Positions 1 to 10,055 of a stretch of 44,740 bases of DNA are shown piece by piece. Below the pieces are notes generated by a model. It saw only the letters and a program-made list of their open reading frames with translations, made no database searches and was not told the origin of the DNA. The DNA is from a virus (lineage: Duplodnaviria; Caudoviricetes), in the IMG/VR virus record IMGVR_UViG_3300049043_000054, positions 1 to 44,740 of that record. The stretch is one strand, 5' to 3'. Made by a program: the position numbers and the translations under genes. Numbering within the stretch: the stretch's first letter is position 1; every line of letters starts with the position of its first letter.

Positions 1-288
1 GAGGTGAGGTGAGGTGAGGTGAGGTGAGGTGAGGTGAGGTGAGGTGAGGTGAGGTGAGGTGAGGTGAGGTGAGGTGAGGTGAGGTGAGGTGAGGTGAGGT
101 GAGGTGAGGTGAGGTGAGGTGAGGTGAGGTGAGGTGAGGTGAGGTGAGGTGAGGTGAGGTGAGGTGAGGTGAGGTGAGGGTGAGGTGAGGTGAGGTGAGG
201 TGAGGTGAGGGTGAGGTGAGGTGAGGTGAGGTGAGGTGAGGTGGGAGGGGAGGGGGGGGGGGGAGGGGTGGGGTGGGGTGGTGGGGGA
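1..288. repeat. (GAGGT)n pentamer tract decaying into poly-G; probable nanopore basecalling artefact
   Basis: Near-perfect GAGGT tandem repeat over ~1-243, then G-rich noise; lies at the read start, outside the adapter junction at 632-694. Confidence 0.85.
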
Positions 289-364
289 GAATACGCGAAC
301 GGAACGAAGGACCTTACAAAAAACATAATCGGGATTCGCTGCTAATGGTGGATGGATTTCGAAG

Positions 365-550
365 ATGACGCCGAAGCTGCGGGCGATCACCAATGCGAAT
401 CTGCTGTGGTTCGATCAGACGGAGGTCCTTGAGCGGTTTGTCTTTCAGGACGGGATCGCGAGGCGAATTGGAACGGACTTAAGTTTGGGGTTGGAGTACC
501 GCCCGCGATTGAGTGACAACATGATTGTGGCGGGAGGTGTGTCAACTTGA
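365..550 (+). CDS. Fragment of an unrelated bacterial gene (beta-barrel/outer-membrane-like C-terminal segment) in a chimeric read part
   Basis: Protein-like translation (DLSLGLEYRP...VAGGVST) with word usage unlike the phage; separated from the phage by adapter sequence. Confidence 0.4.
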   Translation: MTPKLRAITNANLLWFDQTEVLERFVFQDGIARRIGTDLSLGLEYRPRLSDNMIVAGGVST

Positions 551-631
551 TTTCCCGGAGCCGGATTTGATGACTCGGGATGGTGTTCTTGATCCGCTGG
601 CGGCGATGTCTGGCAGTTCAGGAAAGGCCAA

Positions 632-694
632 AGCAATACGTAACTGAACGACAGATTTACATAAAAACCACTGAACGAAGAAATACGCATTGCT
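632..694. other. Nanopore ligation-adapter junction (chimera breakpoint)
   Basis: AGCAATACGTAACTGAACGA at 632-651 is the reverse complement of the ONT adapter TTCGTTCAGTTACGTATTGCT; a degenerate adapter end (TACGCATTGCT) finishes at 694, directly before the phage terminal repeat. Confidence 0.92.
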
Positions 695-864
695 GCGCGC
701 GCCCCACACCTAGCACGCATTCTGATTATTCCTTACACACATGACACCCAACAACGTATCCTTAACGCAACGTATCAATTCAATGACCCCCACCTGGTAC
801 ACGGGGGGCTACATGGCAATTCCAAAAGGGGGGTGTTGTTGTTGGGCCTTGGAGTGTGGCCGAT
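695..864 (+). repeat. Left direct terminal repeat (170 bp)
   Basis: Identical to 44548-44718 except one A-homopolymer length (A4 vs A5). Confidence 0.97.
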
Positions 865-922
865 GTTCAATGCATAGACATTCACACTACCGCGCGTAGT
901 GCGCCTGTACACACTGCCAGCA

Positions 923-963
923 ATGCACATACACATGCGCATGCACATACACATGCATGTATG
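923..963. repeat. 41-nt perfect alternating purine-pyrimidine tract containing two copies of ATGCACATACACATGC
   Basis: Read directly from sequence. Confidence 0.9.
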
Positions 964-1097
964 ATGCAATGAATGAAATGAGCAGGAATGGGAAGGGTGG
1001 GGTGCCGGGGCGTCTGCTATGCATCCGCCCCTTATTGTATGCATTGAGGATACGGTAATTTATTTGCTAGTGTTGCATTTATGTCACGCTTTTTCTA

Positions 1098-1126
1098 TTG
1101 ACATGGTTCGTGGCTTTTGTTATGTA
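1098..1126 (+). promoter_or_regulatory. Candidate sigma70-type promoter for the packaging/structural arm
   Basis: TTGACA at 1098-1103, 17 nt, then TG-n-TATGTA in an AT-rich block; the -10 is imperfect. Confidence 0.45.
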
Positions 1127-1247
1127 TATATACAATCGCTATGCGATAGCATAGGCGCGAAGCGCCTAATATGTTATACATAGTATATACAATACAACAC
1201 AATACAACGCAGTACAACACAACACAACAACACAGGAGCATAATACA

Positions 1248-1694
1248 ATGTCATTCGGCGCACCTGGGGTAACTGGTTATAGCGCGTTCTTTGATCCAAC
1301 ACTTGCTCGTCCTGGTAATGGCGCAGAAGTGAATTACAATGCAATGGCACGTTATGGTCGTGCCCGTACTGAAATGTGCATCTCGCAGCTACTTGCGAAA
1401 GGTGGCTTTCGTGGTATGCGTCGTGTTATACGTGTGTTGACTGGTGCTGCACCTGGTTCTGCTGCTGCTGAGTCATACACTCGTGTAGGTACTGCTGAGC
1501 AAGCATCTATTACTGGCATTGGTCCTGGTGGTTTGCGTAGTATGGAAACTGTTGCAGCTAATTCAGGCAATACTACGGCAGCACAAGAAACATACATCGA
1601 GAACCTAATTCTTGATGCACGTTTCAATCAAAACCCATCAAGCTATCCTGCTGATCTTAGCGGTGTTGGTGGTGGTGGGAAGCTAGGTGTATAA
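1248..1694 (+). CDS. Hypothetical protein (148 aa), possible virion protein
   Basis: AGGAG RBS, phage-typical codon usage, stop overlaps the next start (TAATG). Confidence 0.8.
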   Translation: MSFGAPGVTGYSAFFDPTLARPGNGAEVNYNAMARYGRARTEMCISQLLAKGGFRGMRRVIRVLTGAAPGSAAAESYTRVGTAEQASITGIGPGGLRSMETVAANSGNTTAAQETYIENLILDARFNQNPSSYPADLSGVGGGGKLGV

Positions 1695-2722
1695 TGCCAC
1701 AAGGACGCTTCAATGAATACTCACCGCAAGAGCAAGCTGCTCTTGCGCGTGACATGCTGCAAAAGGCTGGTCGGCCTATTACAGCAAACAATTTGAATGC
1801 TGCAATGCTTGCATTGATGCGCAATGAGGAGTTGCCATCTAATAACATGGATGCAGCTATTGAACGCACTATGCAACCACGTAGACAACCTGCTAGACCA
1901 CAAGCACCGGCACGTGATGTACGCATGCTTAATCAGGATGTTGATGCAGAGGCTGCATTGATGGATGGTGATGCAAACGCCGACGGTAATCGCTCAATGC
2001 GTGATGTGCGTGAGGCAGGTGCTGAGCCTGTAGCAGCGCAGCAACCCAGTGTTGAACCTGATCTTGCTGCTGAGTTTCCCGGTGGTGGTGGTAGTCATTC
2101 TAATGTTGGTGGTAATACTACAGTGATGCAAGCTATTGAGCGTATGCTACTGCCACTTGGTATTGCTGCAATGTTGCCGGGTATGGGCGGTGCTGGTGGT
2201 GCAGCACGTGCGGCTTCTAGTGTTGCAGAGCGTGTAATGCCTGCAACACGTGGTGGTGCTGAATATGTAGGGCGCGCACCATTTCAAGCCACACCGGGTC
2301 GTGTTGTTGATGTGCCACCTACTGCAATCACTGGACAAGCACAGCGTATGCTTACTGGTCCTCGTGGTGAGTTGCCAGCACCTACTGCGCCAGCTACACA
2401 AGCAGCAACACCACCGGCATCTGCACCAGCACAAGTTAGCAGTGCTAGGCAAGGACAAGCAGAGTTGCCGCGTCCTGATGCTGACTTGCGTCGGCGTATG
2501 ATTGATCGTAACATGGAACGTTCATATCGTAATGCGCAGCGTACACGTGATGAACGTGCGGCAGGTAATACTGACAAAGGACGTAGAGAGCGTATTGAAC
2601 GTGTGCCAGAAGGTGAAGCATCACCGCCGCGCAGACCTGGTGTTATTCGCTTACCACCTTCTCGTCGTCGTGTGTCAGAAACTGCTGGCAATCGTCGTGA
2701 TACAATGCGTGATGAACAATAA
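1694..2722 (+). CDS. Hypothetical Ala/Pro/Arg-rich, largely disordered protein (342 aa)
   Basis: Long ORF coupled to both neighbours; low-complexity sequence. Confidence 0.8.
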   Translation: MPQGRFNEYSPQEQAALARDMLQKAGRPITANNLNAAMLALMRNEELPSNNMDAAIERTMQPRRQPARPQAPARDVRMLNQDVDAEAALMDGDANADGNRSMRDVREAGAEPVAAQQPSVEPDLAAEFPGGGGSHSNVGGNTTVMQAIERMLLPLGIAAMLPGMGGAGGAARAASSVAERVMPATRGGAEYVGRAPFQATPGRVVDVPPTAITGQAQRMLTGPRGELPAPTAPATQAATPPASAPAQVSSARQGQAELPRPDADLRRRMIDRNMERSYRNAQRTRDERAAGNTDKGRRERIERVPEGEASPPRRPGVIRLPPSRRRVSETAGNRRDTMRDEQ

Positions 2723-2724
2723 CT

Positions 2725-3312
2725 ATGCGCCTACCTGATCCCAACGCGCCGCTTCTAATAGGTGATGGTGTAGCAGTAATGCCTGCTACACCATTCTCGC
2801 GTATTGAAGTACCTAGTAATTCAAAAGCACAGCGTTTGGTTGCGTCAACAAAACGCAAATTGGCTGATCTGCCCGCAATACCTGAGCATTTGAATACCTT
2901 CGCTGTGCTGTTAGTATATACTGCTAGTGGCCTTAGTGATAATGAAATTGCCATCACATTAGGTGCTACGCCATCACAGCTTGCTAAGATGCGTGATCAT
3001 AAAGCGTACAAGCAGTTAGAGCAGCATATGGTTGAAGCTGTTGCTTCACAATCTAAGACAGAAGTTGCAGCAATTCTTGCAGACAAAGAAGTAAAAGCGG
3101 CAGAGAAGCTAGGTGATCTGATAGAAAGTGAGGATCATCGCATAGCATTACAAGCTGCGAATAGTATTCTTGATCGTCGTGGTCATACAGCAAAGCAACC
3201 AGTAGATCCTGCGCAGGAAATGCGCGCAACATTCCGCATTGAAGTCGTTGATAAACGCTATGATGCAATTCCTGTAATTGAAATGGAGACAGATAATGGC
3301 AATCGTATCTGA
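2725..3312 (+). CDS. Putative terminase small subunit (HTH)
   Basis: HTH-like GLSDNEIAITLGATPSQL and C-terminal SEDHRIALQAANSILDRRGH pattern seen in small terminases; upstream of TerL. Confidence 0.6.
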   Translation: MRLPDPNAPLLIGDGVAVMPATPFSRIEVPSNSKAQRLVASTKRKLADLPAIPEHLNTFAVLLVYTASGLSDNEIAITLGATPSQLAKMRDHKAYKQLEQHMVEAVASQSKTEVAAILADKEVKAAEKLGDLIESEDHRIALQAANSILDRRGHTAKQPVDPAQEMRATFRIEVVDKRYDAIPVIEMETDNGNRI

Positions 3313-3518
3313 CTTGAGCGGTAATGGTCATCCTGCACTAATAGGCGGCATTGATCAACGTCTTCAGTAGCCCAAATCGCCGTAATGCAGGTACACCAGT
3401 TGGGTCACTTGTACCGCAGTATTCTGGTGAACTTGTGCTAGACACCGTTGGCAATCAAATTTTCATGGGCAATGGCAGCACAAATGCTGACTGGTTGCCG
3501 GTGTTTGTGAGCATCTAA
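3296..3518 (+). CDS. Small hypothetical/virion protein (~73 aa), one apparent +1 indel near 3365
   Basis: GGAG RBS, MAIVSDLSGNG...; removing one base at 3364-3365 gives a continuous ORF ...PVGSLVPQYSGELVLDT...WLPVFVSI* that couples (TAATG) to the next gene. Not in the ORF track. Confidence 0.65.
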
Positions 3519-4503
3519 TGCGTATTCGTCAAGGCACACCCAAGCGCCAAAACTTTACGCTTGTTTCACCAGGTCAGCTTGCGCCTCATTAACACTAACA
3601 CGCGCACAAGTTTCGGGTGTTCAATCTAGTGCGATCAATGTTAGTGGTACAGGTTTGAATTTTTTTGGTGCAGATGTTCCTAGGTTTAATGGCCCTTCAA
3701 ACCGATTGTTGATCGAGGATCAAGCTACAAACCTTATTACAGGAATGGCCGCGCCAAGCACGCAAAAGTATCTCGGTAAGTGCTGGCAGTCACGTTCTGA
3801 CATTTTACGGCACTGGTTCGATTACACTTTCCGGTGCGGCTACTGGTACACTAACTGGAACTGGCGCCAATAATCGCGTCATGCTTGTTTTTACTGCCGC
3901 AACCGGAACACTTACCCTAACTGTGTCTGGAACAGTGACACGTGCGCAGCTAGAAACAGGCGGTTATGCATCGTCTTATGTTGAGCGTGTTGCCGGCGCA
4001 GCTACTCGTGGCGTAGACTTCGTGAGTGCACCCTTGTCATCGCTTGGCATTGCAACGAATGGCGCTTGCACGGTGCTTTTCCGTGGGCTATGCCCGGTTA
4101 ATTTTTCGTTATTGACCGAAGGACAAGTAGCTTGCATTTCTGATGGTGGTTTTTCAAACTTCGCCCGACTTGTCATTACCGGCGCAGGCGGATCGGGGCA
4201 ATTGGTACTTGCTCGCAGAACGGCTGGTGTTGACAACATTGCTGTTTTAGCTGGTGGTAGTAGACCTACAGGCTCGTTGTTTAATTGTGGGTGTCGTTTC
4301 ATGGCACGGGTCGTGTGACGGGTGTGTGGAACGGGTCGGCGGTGAGTGAGGTGTTAAGTGCACCAACAAGCGGCTATACAACGCTAGATTTGTTTCATTT
4401 AAGAGGTATTTTGCCCTTGGTATGCGAGGCGCAGAAAGTAATCCTAATACCTCAAGCATTATCAGACGCAAACCTTCAAGCAGCAGTGAGTGGGTTGACA
4501 TGA
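3518..4503 (+). CDS. Putative head spike/fibre protein (~328 aa), broken by three apparent indels (~3587, ~3775, ~4290)
   Basis: Track ORFs 3655-3873, 3881-4318 and 4285-4503 join into one frame with ADVPRF...LLIEDQATNL and AQLETGGYASSY...ATRGVD motifs typical of head-fibre proteins. Confidence 0.65.
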
Positions 4504-4542
4504 GCGAAATGTGCTAATTATTCACAGACATAGGAGGTGATC

Positions 4543-4929
4543 ATGGATGCTGCTAGTGAAGAACATCTACAAGGTGTTCATCCTGATTTAGTCAAGGTGA
4601 TGCGTGAAGCACGTAAGCGTGTGGCTTTTCGTGTGTACGAAGGGCTTCGCACCATTGAGGAGCAGCGTAAGTTCTTTCAACAAGGTGCAACAAAGATTGA
4701 TCCTGACAATCCTAAGCATCCTAAAGGCAGACATCTAACAGGACATGCAGTGGACATTATACCGCTTGTGAATGGTAAAGGGCGGTTTGATTGGCCCTTG
4801 TATCATAAAGTAGCACCTGTGATTAAGCAAGTCGCAAAAGAGCTTGGTGTTGCTATTGTATGGGGTGGTGACTGGAAGAAGTTTCCAGACGGGCCACACT
4901 TTGAATTAGATAGAAACGTGTATCCATAA
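4543..4929 (+). CDS. Endolysin, M15 family (L-Ala-D-Glu) peptidase
   Basis: LQGVHPDL, EGLRT..EQ, HLTGHAVD, WGGDW, DGPHFEL motifs; AGGAGGT RBS. Confidence 0.93.
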   Translation: MDAASEEHLQGVHPDLVKVMREARKRVAFRVYEGLRTIEEQRKFFQQGATKIDPDNPKHPKGRHLTGHAVDIIPLVNGKGRFDWPLYHKVAPVIKQVAKELGVAIVWGGDWKKFPDGPHFELDRNVYP

Positions 4930-4941
4930 GGAGATAAGAGC

Positions 4942-5121
4942 ATGTGGGTAGCTGTTGCTGGTGGACTGGTTCGCACATTTGGTGCGGCATTTGCTGGATG
5001 GCTTGTTGCTCAAGGTGGGATTGGTACAGGTGATGCACAAGCGATTGTTGGTGCGCTTGGAACTTTACTTGTTGCAGGTGCATCAGTTGCTGATAAGGTA
5101 AAACGAAAAGGAGAGAAGTGA
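4942..5121 (+). CDS. Putative holin (59 aa, two TM segments, basic tail)
   Basis: MWVAVAGGLVRTFGAAFAGWLVAQG...AIVGALGTLLVAGASVADKVKRKGEK; AAGGAG RBS; directly after the endolysin; below the ORF-track cutoff. Confidence 0.75.
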   Translation: MWVAVAGGLVRTFGAAFAGWLVAQGGIGTGDAQAIVGALGTLLVAGASVADKVKRKGEK

Positions 5122-5272
5122 TGCCTCAAGCAGGGTTTGTACGCAAACATTCACGCAAAGAAAGAACGTATTGCTGCTGGTTCGGGTGAGAAGATGCGAA
5201 AGCCTGGTAGCAAAGGTGCGCCAACCAAAGCTGCCTTTGTTAAGTCTGCAAAGACTGCTGAAGAAAAAGTAG
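5121..5272 (+). CDS. Small basic phage protein (GLYANIHAK...GSGEKMRKPGSKGAPT type), two apparent +1 indels
   Basis: Lys-rich peptide of a type I recognise from environmental phages; removing bases at ~5127 and ~5260 gives MPKQGLYANIHAK...KTAKKK*. Confidence 0.7.
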
Positions 5273-5274
5273 CA

Positions 5275-6845
5275 ATGCGCAGCTACAAGGTCATATCGGG
5301 TGGTCATGCTGATCGCTTCCATCGTAGCCGTGCTAAAATACGGCTGTTTGCTGGCGGCTTTGCTAATGGCAAAACGACTGGCCTTGTAGCTGAAACATTA
5401 AAGATTGCTGTTGATTATCCCGGTGCTGCAATACTTATGGCACGTGCTACTTATCCTAAACTGAATAGCACACTACGCAGAGAGTTTATCAAGTGGTGTC
5501 CTGAAAGCTGGATTAAGTCATTCGACAAGTCACGTGAGAACACGTGCATATTGAAGAATGGTACGATCATTGATTTCAGATACATTGATCAGAGCAAGGA
5601 TGAAGATGGTGAAGGCACTAGCAACTTATTATCTGCTAACTATGATTTCATTGTCATTGATCAGATTGACGATGTGCAAATATCGCATGAGGACTTTCTG
5701 AACCTACTAGGCCGCTTGCGTGGTAGTGCGGAATATGCTGGCGATGATGCAACAATGCCACGTACAGGGCCTAGGCAGATTATCATGTCATGCAATCCAA
5801 CACTCAGGATGGCCTTACAAACATCTAGTGAAGCCATTGTATGATCTGCGTGATGGTCGCTACAATCCTGATCTGATCTGTGAAGTAGATGATGATGGTA
5901 GACCCGTGCTTGTTGATGGCAAGCCTATACCGCTTGTTGAATTGTTTGAAGCTAGTACGTATGAGAATGCACAGAACCTAGAGCGTGATTACATCAAGCT
6001 ACTAGAGGCTACATACCGTGGAAAGATGCGTGATCGCTACTTGCTTGGTAAATGGGTAGCTTTTGAAGGTGTAGTGTACGACGAGTTTGATGACAGTACG
6101 CATGTTGTACCGCAAGAGCGTATGATGGAATACATCAGCAATCTGCGGCAGCAAGGCGTATGGCTCACGCTGCTAGAGGGTTATGACTTTGGGCTTGCAT
6201 CGCCTAGCTGCTATTTGCTAGGCTTAGTTGATCCAGAAGGACACATACTCATACCAGATGGCTTTTATCAAGAGAACATGGGCATTAGACAGCAAGCGAA
6301 TGAAATGAAGCGCTTGCGTTCACTACATCATCCCGAAGCTGTATGGAGTGCGCATGATCTATCACTGATGCGTTTGTATGCTGATCCTGCCATATTCCGC
6401 AAGACAAATGCTGGCAGAGATATGGTAGGCCCTAGTGTTGCTGAAATGTTTGCCAGCGAAAACATTATCATGTCACGCGGCAACAACAACATTATGAATG
6501 GCATTGTGAAAGTTAAGCAGTACCTAGCGCCACAACATACATTGCTTAATCCATTCACAGGATCATGGGGTAGTCCTAAGCTATTTGTAAGTGACAAGCT
6601 AACCTGGTTTCGTGAGGAGATTGCAGCGTATCGCTGGAAACGTAATCGCAAAGACGATGCGATTGATACGCCAGTAGATGCAAAGAACCATGCAATGGAT
6701 GCGTTGAAATACATGGTATCTGAAGCAAGCTACACCTGCTAAGGTGCATGTAGAACGTCCACGTACGATACCAGATAGATTACGCCGTTGGCATGAACAA
6801 GATGTGCGTGAAGCTACAGCACGTGATCATAGATATAGGATGTGA
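5275..6845 (+). CDS. terL: Terminase large subunit, apparent indels at ~5805 and ~6721
   Basis: Walker A GGFANGKT, Walker B-like FIVIDQ, coupling motif SCNP, nuclease GYDFG, YADPA and NHAMDALKY. Confidence 0.93.
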
Positions 6846-6848
6846 AGC

Positions 6849-9002
6849 ATGAGCGATACGAACCTGCCTAGCGGTGTTAAAGCACTGCTTGATGAAGAAG
6901 CGCCTATCCATGCTACGGTTGATCAAGGACCAATGTATAAGATTGATCCTGCTAGTAAAGTTGCTGTAAGTAAGAATTATGGCAAGCTGTGGAAAAGCCG
7001 TCTTGATGCTGCATTGTCTGCACGTAAAGTGCATGTAGATGCATGGGATGAAGCTATTCGTTACTACAATCACGATCAGCAATCACATCGTTCTAATTCA
7101 TCTGAGGGTCGTAGTGGTAATCGCTACTTCTCTGCACGACGCAATTCGCAGTGGTCTGAGACTGAGAACCTTGTGTATGCTAACGTGCGCGCAATCATGC
7201 CCGCATTGTATGCTAAAAATCCACAAGCAGAGTTCACTGTGGTAGATGAAAACCGCAAGAAGTTTATCAAGCAGATTGAAAACCTAGTCAATGCGATTGC
7301 AGCGCGTAAGCATGATCCTGGCCTTAATCTAAAGATACATGCTAAGCAGGCTGTGTTGTCTGCTGAGTTGTGTAATCTTAGTTGGTTTGAGTTTGGCTAC
7401 ACTGAGCGTTCACAATCATTGCAGGGTCTGCAAGAACAGTTGCTAGATGCTGAGCAGCGGTTGCAGAACGCCAAAGACACAAATGAAATCCGTGTGATTG
7501 AAGGTGAGTTGATGGCTCTCGACGAGTCATTCGCATTCATCACACCTGCTGGACCGTTTGTAAAGTATCGTGCGCCGCACAGTGTAGTTGTTGACGCTGA
7601 CTCTGTGATGCCAGATTTCAGTGATGCACGTCATATCTTCATTGAAGATATGTACCCTACATCATATCTCAACGCACGTTACGGCAAGAAGGGTGACAAC
7701 GATCAGATACAAAGTTTGTACGAACCGACGCATGTACTGCTTGCAACAGACAAGAGCGAAGGTGATGTGCAAAACTTCAAGCTGTTTGAGACAGATGCAG
7801 AAGCACACGCATATGGCTACTCTGATAAATCAACATTGCAACGTGCGCACCGTACAAAGTGTTGGCGTATTTGGGATAAGATTACTAGGCGTGTGTACTT
7901 GTATGCTGATAACAAGTGGGATTGGCCTATTTGGGTTGAGAATGATCCATACGGCTTGCCAAACTTCTATCCGCTAGTACCATTGTTCTTTAATACAACG
8001 CCGCTTGGTGCATATTCACGCGGTCCTGTTACGTACTATCTCGATCAGCAAGATGCAGTGAATGAGATACATGACGAGTTTCGCAGGGCTAGGCAAGATA
8101 TTCGAGAGAATGTGTTGTTTGACAATCGCTTTGCAAAAGAAACTGTGGAAGCGTGGTTGAAAGGATCATCTACATCAGCGCATGGTGTTGAAGTGCCTGA
8201 TGGTCGTACACTGAAGGACATGGTTCTTGAAAAGCCCAATGCTATGCTGAAAGCGTTGCAGCTATTTGATCCGCAACGCGCATTGCAGGCTGTGGATCGT
8301 GTTAGTGGTGTAAGTGATGTGCTGCGTAATGCACAGTTTAAGACTAACACGACTAACCGTGCTATTGAGAATTACAATAGCAGCACTGCAATGCGACTAG
8401 ATGAAAAGATTGACGCCATTGAAGATACACTTGGTGCTGTATTCTATGGTGTTGGTTTCTTGTGTGCGCAGTTTATGACCAAAGAAGAAGTGATGATGGT
8501 GCTTGGTGCGCAGCGTAGTGATGAATGGCAGAATTATGATGCGCAATCGCTACGTGCAATGTTTGGCTGTCAATCAGTTGGTGGCTCTGCACAGAAACCA
8601 ACAAGTGCTGCGAAGAAACAGCAGGCAATCGAAATGGGTAAGCTGCTGTCACAGATGGCACAGTTTGCACCAAGCGTTGTGCTTGAAACAACGCTTACTA
8701 TGTTTGAAGAAGCGTTTGATGAATTGGAATTGCCAGATGATTGGGCAGAGCGTATGAAGCAAGAGGCGCAAGCTTCATTGCAGAAAGGGCGCACTGACAA
8801 TGCTGGCGGTCCAGGTGGCGGTGGTGATGGTCAACCTGCATTACAGCAGCTTGCAGCTATGATTGATGCACTACCGCCACAAGCGAAACAAGCGTTAGGC
8901 ACTGCTCTAGCGCGTGGTGTACCAGTTGCAGAGGCATTGCCGGAAGTCCTGCGAATGGTTAGCAACAACAATCCGGCACAACAGCAAAGGACAGTACAAT
9001 GA
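6849..9002 (+). CDS. Portal protein
   Basis: 717 aa directly after TerL, helical, Gln/Ala-rich C-terminus as in podovirus portals. Confidence 0.85.
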   Translation: MSDTNLPSGVKALLDEEAPIHATVDQGPMYKIDPASKVAVSKNYGKLWKSRLDAALSARKVHVDAWDEAIRYYNHDQQSHRSNSSEGRSGNRYFSARRNSQWSETENLVYANVRAIMPALYAKNPQAEFTVVDENRKKFIKQIENLVNAIAARKHDPGLNLKIHAKQAVLSAELCNLSWFEFGYTERSQSLQGLQEQLLDAEQRLQNAKDTNEIRVIEGELMALDESFAFITPAGPFVKYRAPHSVVVDADSVMPDFSDARHIFIEDMYPTSYLNARYGKKGDNDQIQSLYEPTHVLLATDKSEGDVQNFKLFETDAEAHAYGYSDKSTLQRAHRTKCWRIWDKITRRVYLYADNKWDWPIWVENDPYGLPNFYPLVPLFFNTTPLGAYSRGPVTYYLDQQDAVNEIHDEFRRARQDIRENVLFDNRFAKETVEAWLKGSSTSAHGVEVPDGRTLKDMVLEKPNAMLKALQLFDPQRALQAVDRVSGVSDVLRNAQFKTNTTNRAIENYNSSTAMRLDEKIDAIEDTLGAVFYGVGFLCAQFMTKEEVMMVLGAQRSDEWQNYDAQSLRAMFGCQSVGGSAQKPTSAAKKQQAIEMGKLLSQMAQFAPSVVLETTLTMFEEAFDELELPDDWAERMKQEAQASLQKGRTDNAGGPGGGGDGQPALQQLAAMIDALPPQAKQALGTALARGVPVAEALPEVLRMVSNNNPAQQQRTVQ

Positions 9003-10048
9003 GTGGTTCAAAGATTGAAGATAAGATTGACTCAATGTTTGGCACAACGCCAGAGGGTGAGAGCAATGAGCAAGATACACAACAGACCACTGAAAATGAA
9101 GCAGCGGAAACTGCACAGTCAGATGATGAAGGTGCGCAACCTGCACAGCCATCGAATGATAGAAGCGCTGGCGGGCGCAGTGCGCAACAGCATGGCAAAG
9201 AACACAAGCAGGGAGGGCAAAACGCGCAAAGCGAACAACAGCCGCGCGGTCGTCTGCCTGCCAACAATGCCGGAGACTTGATTGACCCTGCATCGGGTGC
9301 TGTAATTGCTAAGGCAGGTAATGAGCGTCGCTTCTTTGAAGCAGCACGTACGTATCGTTCACAAGTTGATGTGCTTAACAATGATCTGCAACGCGCTAAC
9401 GCTGAGGTGCAAGCGTATCGTGATGCAGCATCATTGCCACGCGAACTTGGCTTGAACAATACAGAAGTGTCTAATGCATTGCAATTCTTCAAGCACTGGA
9501 AAGATAATCCCGCTGAGGCGGTAAAAACTATCTTGACAGAGTTTAGGGCAATGGGCTATGCTACTGAGGAATTGGGTAGCACGGTTGACATGGCGGCTAT
9601 CCGCCGCATGGTTGAGGAAACCGTATCCCCATTCAGACAAGACCGTGAAGCTGCTGCACGTGAAGTTGAAACAGCAGCGAATGTTGATAGAGAATTAAAC
9701 GCGCTATACACGTCTATGCCGTGGGCGCGTAATCAGCAAGCAGAGATTATCTCACTGCTCGAAGCCGATCAGACCCTCACACTGCGTGAGGCAGCATTGC
9801 ATGTGCAAGCATTTGCACTGCAACGTGGATTTGACCTGAATACATCTGTGCGAAATCAGATGCTATCAGCGCAAAACGGCAGACAACAACCGCAGCGTCC
9901 TAACAATGCGCGCATGTCTGCTCCACCCATGACCGGCGACGTGCCTAATGCACCGCGCCGTGCTGCCCCCGAAAACCATTCAGCATCATCGCGTGATATT
10001 GTCAAAACAGTCATGCGTGAAGCTGGTTTCAACGTAGATAACCTGTGA
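8999..10048 (+). CDS. Capsid scaffolding protein
   Basis: Acidic disordered N-terminus and coiled coil; located between portal and MCP. Confidence 0.7.
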   Translation: MSGSKIEDKIDSMFGTTPEGESNEQDTQQTTENEAAETAQSDDEGAQPAQPSNDRSAGGRSAQQHGKEHKQGGQNAQSEQQPRGRLPANNAGDLIDPASGAVIAKAGNERRFFEAARTYRSQVDVLNNDLQRANAEVQAYRDAASLPRELGLNNTEVSNALQFFKHWKDNPAEAVKTILTEFRAMGYATEELGSTVDMAAIRRMVEETVSPFRQDREAAAREVETAANVDRELNALYTSMPWARNQQAEIISLLEADQTLTLREAALHVQAFALQRGFDLNTSVRNQMLSAQNGRQQPQRPNNARMSAPPMTGDVPNAPRRAAPENHSASSRDIVKTVMREAGFNVDNL

Positions 10049-10055
10049 GGATCAC

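Noticed and set aside
1-288. (GAGGT)n as a telomere, G-quadruplex array or CRISPR-like repeat of the phage
   Set aside because: It lies outside the adapter junction, has no spacers and decays into poly-G, as expected of nanopore read-start noise.
290-631. Bacterial sequence as a prophage flank or attachment site identifying the host
   Set aside because: Adapter sequence separates it from the phage, so it is a ligation or read chimera; no integrase is present.
5137-6742. Terminase split in two or fused to a small basic protein; programmed frameshift
   Set aside because: Single-base corrections restore a normal TerL and a separate small gene; no slippery sequence at the breaks.
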